A stretch of 64,000 bases of DNA from Flectonema sp. DT1601 (taxonomy: Eukaryota), in assembly GCA_964019425.1 (NCBI GenBank), contig OZ025783.1:434001-498000 (forward strand), in the 5' to 3' direction. Below the pieces are notes generated by a model. That model had not been told where the DNA came from and searched no databases. It worked only from the letters and a program-made list of their open reading frames with translations. The number at the start of each line of letters is the position of its first letter. The stretch's first letter is position 1. Positions 44,180 through 55,195 of this stretch are shown piece after piece. The position numbers and the translations under genes are program-made.

Positions 44180-45754
44180 TAGTAGAGACCACCAATGTTG
44201 TGCGTTGATAGGCAAGGTGACCAACCTTGACATTCTTTCTTTTCTCTCCTGTTGTGACAAACACAAAATACACACACAGCTTACAGTGTGTTCTTTGTGT
44301 ATGTTTTCTTCAGGTGTGAGTAGTTTTTTTGTTCTTGCTCTTCAGGGAGGGCCTTAGCCAAAAGCTAACAGTCCAAATCTCACCTGGAAATTCAACTCAG
44401 TCCTTGTCAGTTTTGGCATCAAACTTGTAATGGTTTAATCATTACAGGTTATTTACTGAAATATTTGTTCTAAAAGTTGCTAAGTATTTCTCACTTAGAA
44501 ATTTTTTATTTTTTTATTTTCAGCTTAATTAGCTACAAATTGTTTCTACTAAGTGTTTCTCACTTAGATTTTTTTTTTGCTTTTCAGCTCCTAAAAAGCT
44601 GCTAAGTGTTTCTGCTAAGTGTTTCTCACTTAGAATTTTATTTTTATGTTCGTTTTCTATCCCTTCTCCTATCCCTTTTGTTCAAAATAAGCGGGAGGAA
44701 ATTCTCTCATTCACGCTAAGATGCACTCTGAACTTTGATTTTTTGATCTGAGTGTGAGGGAATGACCTGTTAGTGCATTGGGCATAGGCTGGGCTGCAGT
44801 TTAGATGTCTTAGGTGTTAATAGGGGGTTCCTCTTAGCATTTTTCTTTGTTCCCACCTTATGATTTTCTTGAAGAAAAAAAATAGAAGTCATAATGGTGC
44901 TTCCCTCTGGAAGGGTTGTAAGCCATGGTGTCCAACTAAATTAAAGGACAAGTCTGGGATAATCCCTGCCAGAGGGGCGAGTATTCTACCATGGTTGAAA
45001 TACTCTGGCAACTGATCTTCAATTTTATGTTGTTTGTTAGCTGCTGGTGTATCTTGATTATGTGTTGATACTTGCATTTTTTTATTTGTAATCTTCTATT
45101 ACAATCCTCTTTCTGTTCTGGTCTGTTACTTCATGTGTCTTGTATAACTTCAGTTATATCCATTTTACTTTTTATTGTTTCCCATCTACTTTTTATTTTC
45201 TATTAGTTCTGGTCAGAAACTCCTGGGCAGCAAGAAGGAAAGTAGTTGAGTACTTCTGGGTGTTTGGCATCACCCCCCATAGTGAGCAAGTACAACAGGT
45301 AGCATTGGTAGTCTGTTGATCCTGAGTGATCCCAGCTACAGTTTTGTTTTTCTTTCTTTTTTTTAGAAGAAGATCAGGACATCCAAGCACTGCTGGATAG
45401 TTGCTGAATGCAGGGCCTGCCTGTGGCATTATAATAACAGGCTAAGTCATTTGTAGTTCATAGTTTACCTTTGATTTTATAACTTCACATAGGTACTATG
45501 AACGATGAGAGATCCAGTGGGATCACTCAGGGTCTAGTAGAGACCACCAATGTTGTGCGTTGATAGGCAAGGTGACCAACCTTGACATTCTTTCTTTTCT
45601 CTCCTGTTGTGACAAACACAAAATACACACACAGCTTACAGTGTGTTCTTTGTGTATGTTTTCTTCAGGTGTGAGTAGTTTTTTTGTTCTTGCTCTTCAG
45701 GGAGGGCCTTAGCCAAAAGCTAACAGTCCAAATCTCACCTGGAAATTCAACTCA
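44180..45754. mobile_element. 1.57-kb insertion bounded by 220-bp direct repeats (44180-44399, 45535-45754), unclassified
   Basis: Matching direct repeats TAGTAGAGACC...TTCAACTCA. An empty-site version of the flank (ccccttatttta-at-aaaaacaagatcagc) is present at ~45972-46000. No TSD and no recognisable long ORF. Confidence 0.7.
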
Positions 45755-46298
45755 AAAACAAGATCAGCTCAGCTTGATCGTTAAACTTTTTTTATTTATT
45801 TATTTTTTTTTTTTTTTTATTTAAACTGATTGTATTTATATCTGGTTATTTTTCTCAACGATCGGCTATGCCGATCGACCTTTAAAATAATTGTCTTCTT
45901 CTTCTCGACGACCAGATCCAATTGATCGACCTTTTCTTTTTTTTTCCTTTATTCCTTCCATCCCTCCCGCTCCCCTTATTTTAATAAAAACAAGATCAGC
46001 TCAGCTTGATCGTTATTTATTTATTTATTTATTTTTTTTTTTTTTTTTGTTGGTCCTAGTCAAGACCTTAAACTGACTAATCGGTCTTAACTTTAACTAA
46101 GTGAATGAACCCTTTCCGTTTTCCTTTTCCCTTTATTACTCTCTATCTGGTCTGTTATGTCATAAATCTCATTTAATTTTATCATTCATTTTAATTTTCA
46201 CTGTTTCCCATCTACATTTTATTTTCAAATAGTTCCGGTCTGTCTCTGATGATAAATAAAACTGATCATGTTAACTCAATATTTTTTTTTATTATGTG

Positions 46299-46400
46299 CA
46301 AGAGATACCAACACGCAAGAGATACCAACGCACATACGAGATACCAGCACTTCCGAGATACCGACACACAAGAGATACCAAGACACTTAAGATACCAGCA
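46299..46400 (+). repeat. six spaced AGATACC motifs
   Basis: (G)AGATACC recurs every ~16-20 bp. A second copy lies at ~57607-57708. Confidence 0.8.
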
Positions 46401-46709
46401 AGGACAGTGAGAGGTAGAATGAACTCTCCTCCTTGTGTCCGATCCTGATTATTTTTTGTTGAATTGGTAGTGTTACCTCATTTTGCTACTCTCGTATCTG
46501 TGTTGTGTTAACTCATGTAAGTGATCTTAACTCCTGTTAAATAAAAAATAAAATTTCAAAAAAAAAGAAATTAAAAAAGAAGAATTTTCAAATGAAGTTA
46601 TATCAACCCCTGCCACCCATTATGATCAATTCCGCTTGTTTTTTTTTTTTTTTTTTTTTTCTTCTTTCTTTTCTTCAAATATAAAAAAAAAATTAAAAAA
46701 TATAAAAGA

Positions 46710-49420
46710 TGAAACAATGTTATCATTGTTTTTTTTATCGATCGACTATGTCGATTACTTCCAGTTTTCCGTCCTGGTCAAGACGCTAAACTGATTGTTT
46801 TTTTTTTTTTTTTAAAAAATTAATAAAAAGAATATAAAAAAAAAAAAAAAAAGAATAAACAATGTTATCATTGTTTTTTTTTATCGTTCGACTTTGTCGA
46901 CTAATTTCTATTTTCCGTTTCTTTTCTTTAAATAATAAATAAAAAGAATTTAAAATAAAAAAAAAGAATAAACAATGTTATCATTGTTTTTTTATCGATC
47001 GACTATGTCGATTACTTTCTATTTTCCGTCCTGGTCAAGACGCTAAACTGATTGTTTTTTTTTTCAAAATTAATAAAAAAGAATATAAAAAAAAAAAAAA
47101 AAAAAAAAGAATAAACAATGTTATCATTGTTTTTTTTTATTGTTCGACTTTGTTGACTAATTTCTATTTTCCGTTTTTTTTCTTTAAAAAATAAATAAAA
47201 AGAATTTAAAATAAATAAAAAAGAATAAACAATGTTATCATTGTTTTTTTATCGATCGACTATGTCGATCACTTTCTATTTTCCGTCCTGGTCAAGACGC
47301 TAAACTGATTGTTTTTTTTTTTCAAAATTAATAAAAAAGAATATAAAAAAAAAAAAAAAAAAAAAGAATAAACAATGTTATCATTGTTTTTTTTTTATCG
47401 TTCGACTTTGTCGACTAATTTCTATTTTCCGTTTCTTTTCTTTAAAGAATAAATAAAAAGAATTTAAAATAAAAAAAAAGAATAAACAATGTTATCATTG
47501 TTTTTTTATCGATCGACTATGTCGATCACTTTCTATTTTCCGTCCTGGTCAAGACGCTAAACTGATTGTTTTTTTTTTTCAAAATTAATAAAAAAGAATA
47601 TAAAAAAAAAAAAAAAAAAGGAAAAACAATGTTATCATTGTTTTTTTTTATCGTTCGACTTTGTCGACTAATTTCTATTTTCCGTTTCTTTTCTTTAAAG
47701 AATAAATAAAAAGAATTTAAAATAAAAAAAAAGAATAAACAATGTTATCATTGTTTTTTTTATCGATCGACTATGTCGATTACTTCCAGTTTTCCGTCCT
47801 GGTCAAGACGCTAAACTGATTGTTTTTTTTTTTTTTTTAAAAAATTAATAAAAAGAATATAAAAAAAAAAAAAAAAAGAATAAACAATGTTATCATTGTT
47901 TTTTTTTATTGTTCGACTTTGTTGACTAATTTCTATTTTCCGTTTTTTTTCTTTAAAAAATAAATAAAAAGAATTTAAAATAAAAAAAAAGAATAAACAA
48001 TGTTATCATTGTTTTTTTTTATCGATCGACTATGTCGATTACTTTCTATTCTCCGTCCTGGTCAAGACGCTAAACTGATTGTTTTTTTTTTCAAAATAAA
48101 AAAAAAATATTAAAAAAAAAAAATAAAAAAAAAGAATAAACAATGTTATCATTGTTTTTTTTTATCGTTCGACTTTGTTGACTAATTTCTATTTTCCGTT
48201 TTTTTTCTTTAAAAAATAAATAAAAAGAATTTAAAAAAAAAAAAAAAAAAAAGAATAAACAATGTTATCATTGTTTTTTTTATCGATCGACTATGTCGAT
48301 TACTTTCTATTTTCCGTCCTGGTCAAGACGCTAAACTGATTGTTTTTTTTTCAAAATAAAAAAAAAAATATTAAAAAAAAAAAATAAAAAAAAAGAATAA
48401 ACAATGTTATCATTGTTTTTTTTTTATCGTTCGACTTTGTTGACTAATTTCTATTTTCCGTTTTTTTTCTTTAAAAAATTAATAAAAAGAATTTAAAAAA
48501 AAAAAAAAAAAAAAAGAATAAACAATGTTATCATTGTTTTTTTTATCGATCGACTATGTCGATTACTTTCTATTTTCCGTCCTGGTCAAGACGCTAAACT
48601 GATTGTTTTTTTTTCAAAATTAATAAAAAAGAATATAAAAAAATACAAAAAAAAGAATAAACAATGTTATCATTGTTTTTTTTTATCGTTCGACTTTGTC
48701 GACTAATTTCTATTTTCCGTTTTTTTTTCTTTAAAAAATAAATAAAAAGAATTTAAAATAAAAAAAAAAAAGAATAAACAATGTTATCATTGTTTTTTTT
48801 ATCGATCGACTATGTCGATTACTTTCTATTTTCCGTCCTGGTCAAGACGCTAAACTGATTGTTTTTTTTTCAAAATTAATAAAAAAGAATATAAAAAAAA
48901 TAAAAAAAAAAAGAATAAACAATGTTATCATTGTTTTTTTTTATCGTTCGACTTTGTTGACTAATTTCTATTTTCCATTTTTTTTCTTTTAAAAATAAAT
49001 AAAAAGAATTAAAATAAAAAAAAAAAAAAGAATAAACAATGTTATCATTGTTTTTTTTATCGATCGACTATGTCGATTACTTTCTATTTTCCGTCCTGGT
49101 CAGGACGCTAAACTGATTGTTTTTTTTTTTTTCTTTAAAAATAAATAAAAAGAATAAAAAAAAAAAAAAAAGGAATAAACAATGTTATCATTGTTTTTTT
49201 TTTATCGATCGACTATGTCGATTACTTACTATTTTCCGTCCTGGTCAAGACGCTAAACTGATTGTTTTTTCTTTAAAATAATTAAAAAGATTTAAAAAAA
49301 AAAAAAAAAAAAAAAAATGAATAAACAATGTTATCATTGTTTTTTTTTCTATCAATCAACTATGTCGATTAATTTCTATTTTCCGTCCTGATCGAGACGC
49401 TAAACTGATTGTTTCCTTTT
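46710..49420. repeat. tandem array of the ~250-bp A/B dimer repeat
   Basis: Alternating A (TATCGATCGACTATGTCGATTAC...CAAGACGCTAAACTGATTG) and B (TATCGTTCGACTTTGT[C/T]GACTAA) monomers, each ending AATAAACAATGTTATCATTGTTTT. Confidence 0.96.
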
Positions 49421-49585
49421 TTTAAATAATAAATAAGAAAAAAAAAAAAAAAAAAAAAAAAGAGCATCTCCCTGCTATCCCTCATATCCCCACAATAATA
49501 TTATACCTTTTCATTTTCTCTTTCCTTTTCTGGTCTTTTTTTTTTCTTTTTTTTCCTTTTTCATACAACGTTTTTTATTTATATA

Positions 49586-51359
49586 CCGTAATTATAAATA
49601 TCATGGTGTATAAAAAGTCTCCAAATCAGCAAAAAATGGCCAAATCCACCATCTTTATTATATCCAAAGTTTTTTTAGTACAATCATTCACAGAAAACAC
49701 TTAGCAAAATTCGGATTCCAGAAAAAAAAAAATTTTTTTTTTGACCTTTTTCTTTTGACTTTGGTACTAAATTATCGACATTTTGAACTGGTTAAAGTTC
49801 TACAGGCTGGTCTTGTGTACCAACCTGGTGGGGGATTGATAACTAATGTTGAAGTTGCTTCCAGATACATATCAGGACAACATATCCACAAATAACGTTG
49901 TTGGTAGCTGGTTGCACACCAGTCTTAATGAATGATGTCAAAATTCCTAAAAGCAGCAAGTAGTAGTCTAGACGAGGCCAACTACAACTAAGGAGTTCTT
50001 CTCCAATCGTTGTAATACACCGAGGTATGAGGTGCGGTATTAAGAAACATGAACTCATATTCACAACTACAGACTTCAGGAGCTCGGGTGGATTTGCAGG
50101 ATTGACAATACCTACTTTTATAAAACCAGCCATGATAGTATTTTTCGTAATACTATCAAGGGCTGTCACTAAAATTCATCCACCCAATTTGCGACTTCGT
50201 TTTTGTGAGCTCCTTCATCCATTTTGACATGGGTTCGGATTCAGGAGCTCCCTTTGGACCCTTCCCTTTCCCCTTCCCTTTCGCAGCGCGCTTTAAAGTT
50301 TCTATCAGCTTTTTGCTTTGATTTTTTCAACTTTTCCTCCCGCTTGCGCATCTGCTCTGTCATCCACTCACCAAGAAAGCTTGATGCTTCTTTGAAGTTG
50401 GCCATGACAGTTAGATCCAGCGGCCGGAGATGAGAAGTCCATCCGCCTTGCACCAGCATAACAGTGATATTGGCTTCTTCAAATCGACAAAGGACTTCTT
50501 CAGTTATCTGCCCCCTAAACTGGGCATATACTGCGAGGCCAGGGTGATCCGATTGGAGTGTTTTTTAGTTAGTTTAGATCCGATTGGAGCGTTTCTTAAT
50601 AAAGTATGGGATTATTGCTCCAGAAACCTTGACCGAGCTGATAGGAGTTCTGCTTCAGGCGCTACTTTCGCAGTGGTTCCAAGACGGTATCCAACCCTTC
50701 CGTTCCAGGAACTTGTAGGTCCATGTTGCTTGTAGGGAACCGGAATCCACGCGTTCCGGCGTATCACCTGTGCTTGAAACCAGAGAAGAGAAGCAAACAC
50801 AGAGCCACCATAGGCACGGATATTCTCAATTAAATCGAGCACCCGCTTCCTCATCAGCGGTTAAGATGGTTGGTCTCCCAGATTTCACCTGCCCTTCTAG
50901 TGGTTCTCCCTTTGTCTTCCTCTTTTGTTCTTCAACCAAGAGCTTCATTGCCCTGCCTGCACTGTTTTCTTATGGTCCGTGTTGAAGTATGCAATCGCCC
51001 TTGACACATTGGTGGCAGAGTTCACCATCTCACCAACGTTAAGCAACTCCCCCCTTGACCACTTCTCATAGCAGCGAGACGTTTGTGCTCTTTTACCCGC
51101 TCCTCTTTCTTTATCAAACCCAGCTCCACCTTGCTTACCGACGTCTTCAGGGGTTCAAAAGGATCCCGTTTTTTCAAAAAATTCCGCATAGTGTGAAAAA
51201 TTTCATCCCCAAAAACTACTATTTTACAGTCAAAATGTGTACTTTCATACTTTTTTATAAAAATCCACCAAGTTTTTTTTCCGAGAATCCACCATCTTTT
51301 TTATATCCAAAGTTGTTATACTCCAAATTTTTTATACACCGTGATATTTATAATTACAG
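49586..51359 (-). mobile_element. pogo-like transposon, copy 2
   Basis: Matches 38775-40548 at +10,811, with the same ORF fragments. Confidence 0.88.
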
Positions 51360-51420
51360 TATATATATATATATTTTTTTTTTTTTTTCATGTTTGATTA
51401 TTTCCTCTTCATCTTTTTTT

Positions 51421-51454
<34 letters not shown>

Positions 51455-51643
51455 TCTGCCTCTCTCTTAATTCTGTTCGTTTCTTTGAAACGAAAATTCA
51501 TTTGAATATTATTCCTTGGTCAGCAACCATCATTGTCGCCCTTTGGGCCTGTTAAAAAAAATAAAAATAAAAAGAAAGTTTACATCGGGAATAGGGCAGG
51601 AGCCAAAAGCTCCCAGTCCGTTACTTCCCACTTTATCGAAATT

Positions 51644-53406
51644 CTTGTGGAGCAGACCTTATTTGAAACTTTGTGGAGAGGGCAGTTTTTTAAAACTTTG
51701 TGGAGCTGGCAGTTTTTTGAACTTTGTGTGTGGAGCGGGAAGTTTTTTGAAACTTTGTGGAGCGGGCAGTTTTTGAAACTTTGTGGAGAGGGCAGTTTCT
51801 TAAAACTTTGTGGAGAGGGCTGTTTTTTCAAACTTTGTGGAGAGGGCTGTTTTTTGAACTTTGTGTGTGGAGCGGGAAGTTTTTTGAAACTTTGTGGAGA
51901 GGGTAGTTTTTTGAACTTTGTTGAGCGGGAAGTTTTTTGAAATTTTGTGGAGCGGGCAGTTTTTTGAAACTTTGTGGAGAAGGCAGTTTTGAAACTTTGT
52001 GGAGAGGGCAGTTTTTTAAAACTTTGTGGAGAGGGCTGTTTTTTCAAACTTGTGGAGAGGGCTGTTTTTTGAAACTTTGTGGAGCTGGCAGCTTTTTGAA
52101 ACTTTGTGGAGAGGGCAGTTTCTTAAAACTTTGTGGAGCTGGCAGTTTTTTGAACTTTGTGTGTGAAGCGGGAAGTTTTTTGAAACTTTGTGGAGAGGGC
52201 AGTTTCCTAAAACTTTGTGGAGCTGGCAGTTTTTTGAACTTTGTGTGTGAAGCGGGAAGTTTTTTGAAACTTTGTGGAGAGGGCAGTTTCTTAAAACTTT
52301 GTGGAGAGGGCTGTTTTTTGAACTTTGTGTGTGAAGCGGGAAGTTTTTTGAAACTTTGTGGATAGGGCAGTTTTTTAAAACTTTGTGGAGCTGGCAGCTT
52401 TTTGAAACTTTGTGGAGAGGGCAGTTTCTTAAAACTTTGTGGAGAGGGCAGTTTTTTAAAACTTTGTGGAGCTGGCAGTTTTTTGAACTTTGTGGAGAGG
52501 GCAGTTTTTTAAAACTTTGTGGAGCTGGCAGCTTTTTGAAACTTTGTGGATAGGAGATTTGGGAGAGGAATAGGGGCAGTGAACTTTTGGTTCAGGCCCT
52601 TCCCATCGAACAGGACGAAGACTTCTAAAACCTGAGATGAACCAATTGAGTTGAAACAAACAAATAACAGAGACGCAACACATACCGGAACATCATGTGG
52701 AGAGGGCAGTTTTTTAAAACTTTGTGGAGCTGGCAGCTTTTTGAAACTTTGTGGAGAAGGCAGTTTTTGAAACTTTGTGGAGAGGGCAGTTTCCTAAAAC
52801 TTTGTAGAGCTGGCAGTTTTTTGAACTTTGTGTGTGGAGCGGTAAGTTTTTTGAAACTTTGTGCAGTTTTTGAAACTTTGTGGACCGGGCAGTTTTTTGA
52901 AACTTTGTGGAGAGGGCAGTTTCCTAAAACTTTGTGGAGCTGGCAGTTTTTTGAACTTTGTGTTGAGCGGGAAGTTTTTTGAAACTTTGTGGAGCGGGCA
53001 GTTTTTTGAAAATTTGTGGAGCGGGCAGTTTTTGAAACTTTGTGGAGAGGGCTGTTTTTTGAACTTTGTGTGTGAAGCGGGAAGTTTTTTGAAACTTTGT
53101 GGAGCGGGCAGTTTTTTGAAAATTTGTGGAGCGGGCAGTTTTTGAAACTTTGTGGAGAGGGCTGTTTTTTGAACTTTGTGTGGAGCGGGAAGTTTTTTGA
53201 AACTTTGTGGAGAGGGTAGTTTTTTGAACTTTGTGTTGAGCGGGAAGTTTTTTGAAACTTTGTGGAGCGGGCAGTTTTTTGAAACTTTGTGGAGAGGGCT
53301 GTTTTTTGAACTTTGTGTGTGAAGCGGGAAGTTTTTTGAAACTTTGTGGAGCGGGCAGTTTTTGAAACTTTGTGGAGAGGGCAGTTTTTTGAAACTTTGT
53401 GGAGAG
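51644..53406 (+). repeat. 27-bp satellite block within copy 2, interrupted at 52551-52695
   Basis: Same monomer series as 40833-42390 plus an insertion. Confidence 0.97.
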
Positions 53407-54880
53407 TATCGATCGACTATGTCGATTAGGTGAATAAGAAATTTGGGAGAGGAATAGGGGCAGTGAACTTTTGATTCAGGCCCTTCCCATCGAACAGGAC
53501 GAAAACTTCTAAAACCTGAGATGAACCAATTGAGTTGAAACAAACAAATAACAGAGACGCAACACATACCGGAACATCATCGCAAGCAATGCTTCGGACC
53601 TCCGTCGACCTTCGTTCTTCCGGCGGCAAAGGGAAACAAGAAAGAACGGGCAATGAGACAAACCTGTTAGTTGGTGTTGTGTTGTTGTTGAAAACAAAAC
53701 ATAAACGCCAGGAAGTTCGACAACGAAGACATCGACATCGATCGCTGCTCTGCAGATGTCCGGCGGGTGTTTGTCTACACTGTGTTTATTGTTTGTTTTT
53801 TTCCCAAGGTTCAACCTTGGGAAGAGAAGTAAAAAATTCCGTCAATGTTGGCCTTCCTGTTCGAAGGTGCGCACCAATGACGATAAATAGAGTGGGGGGG
53901 AGAAAACCTTTGATCCAACTGGATCCCTTCACGAGCTGACATTGCCATGTGAAGTTAAATATTCTGGCGATGCCAGCTCAGGCGACTTAGCCTGCTTTTT
54001 TCTTTAAATAAAAAAAATAAAAAGATACCAACAGGTGGGGTGATGGGTTGCGCCACTGCAATCCAGTCACAAAAAGAAACAAAGGTAATCTCAAGGGTTC
54101 TCGACCCTTGGCTCTCCCTGCGCAAGCATCGCATGGAGGGTGGCTAAGCACCCGGGGGGTACGAAACAAACTTTCCCCCTGCTGTCCTGTTTGAAATAAA
54201 AAAAAAAAAAAAAAGAAAACAAAGGGATAGAAGTAAACAGAATACATTACACCTCAACAGGTGACGCTAAACACCCAGGGGATACAAACCAAACTTTCCC
54301 CCTGTTGCCCTGTTTGAAATAAATTAAAAAAAGAACAAGAAAACAGAATACAATACTCAGCAATCAGACTCGTTCACTCGCTTCGCCAGAGCCGTTCGAG
54401 CCGATGCTCATGTAAAGTTACCTGTTTTCTTTTAACAAATTAAATAAAATAAAATAAAAATAAAGTATACAAACCAAACTTTCCCTGGAATACAATACCT
54501 AACAATCAGTGCGTTCACTGGCCTTAGGGCTGTTCGGACTTATGCTTTGGACTGTTCCCTTGCAGAAAAAAAAAAGTAAAATAAACCAACTTTGGGACAT
54601 TAGAAAAGCATAAAATAAAAGTTGCTACAACCAAAAGACAACTGCAAAAAATAAGGTTTTTGTAGGGGAGCTACAATGTAGCAATAATGTCACACAGTCA
54701 TGGTCTAAACCCCAATCCAAGTTCCCAAGGCTTGGCATAGATTTGAGTGACGCCTTACTGGCCTCCTCATCCTCTATGAGTGGTGAGGGGGCCAGCAATG
54801 GTTTTTTTTTTTTTTCTCTTATTTCTTTTTTTCTTTTTCTTTTACTCTAATATGAAATATTTTTGAACAAAATGTGATTA

Positions 54881-54912
<32 letters not shown>

Positions 54913-55195
54913 TGTAAATGAATAATAAAAAAAAAAAAAAAAAAAACATGCCTTGGGAATACAACCAAAGCCCCAATTAATCGGTCCTTTCTTTTTTCCT
55001 TCTTGTCAAGTGATCGCTCCACTCGTCGATCACCAAAACCGATTGTATTTATATCTGTTCTTTTCTCAACGATCGGCTATACCGATCATTTTTTTTAAAA
55101 ATAATTGTTTTCTTCTTCTCGACGATCAGATCCAATTGATCGACCTTTTCTTTTTTTTTCCTTTATTCCTTCCATCCCTCCCGCTCCCCTTATTT

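Larger units (their letters stand above)
37746..48556. repeat. composite tandem macro-repeat, copy 1 (10,811 bp)
   Basis: Sequence recurs at +10,811 (e.g. ORF 39032 matches 49843, 40769 matches 51580). Confidence 0.95.

Noticed and set aside
44889..45429. Short ORFs MQVSTHNQ... and MPQAGPAF... inside the direct-repeat element
   Set aside because: Under 80 aa with no clear homology (GIIPDL is only suggestive), and the second is truncated by a stop in the inverted copy.
46710..49420. CRISPR-like appearance (palindromic constant repeat with spacers)
   Set aside because: Spacers are repeats of two types rather than unique sequences, there are no cas genes, and the context is eukaryotic.
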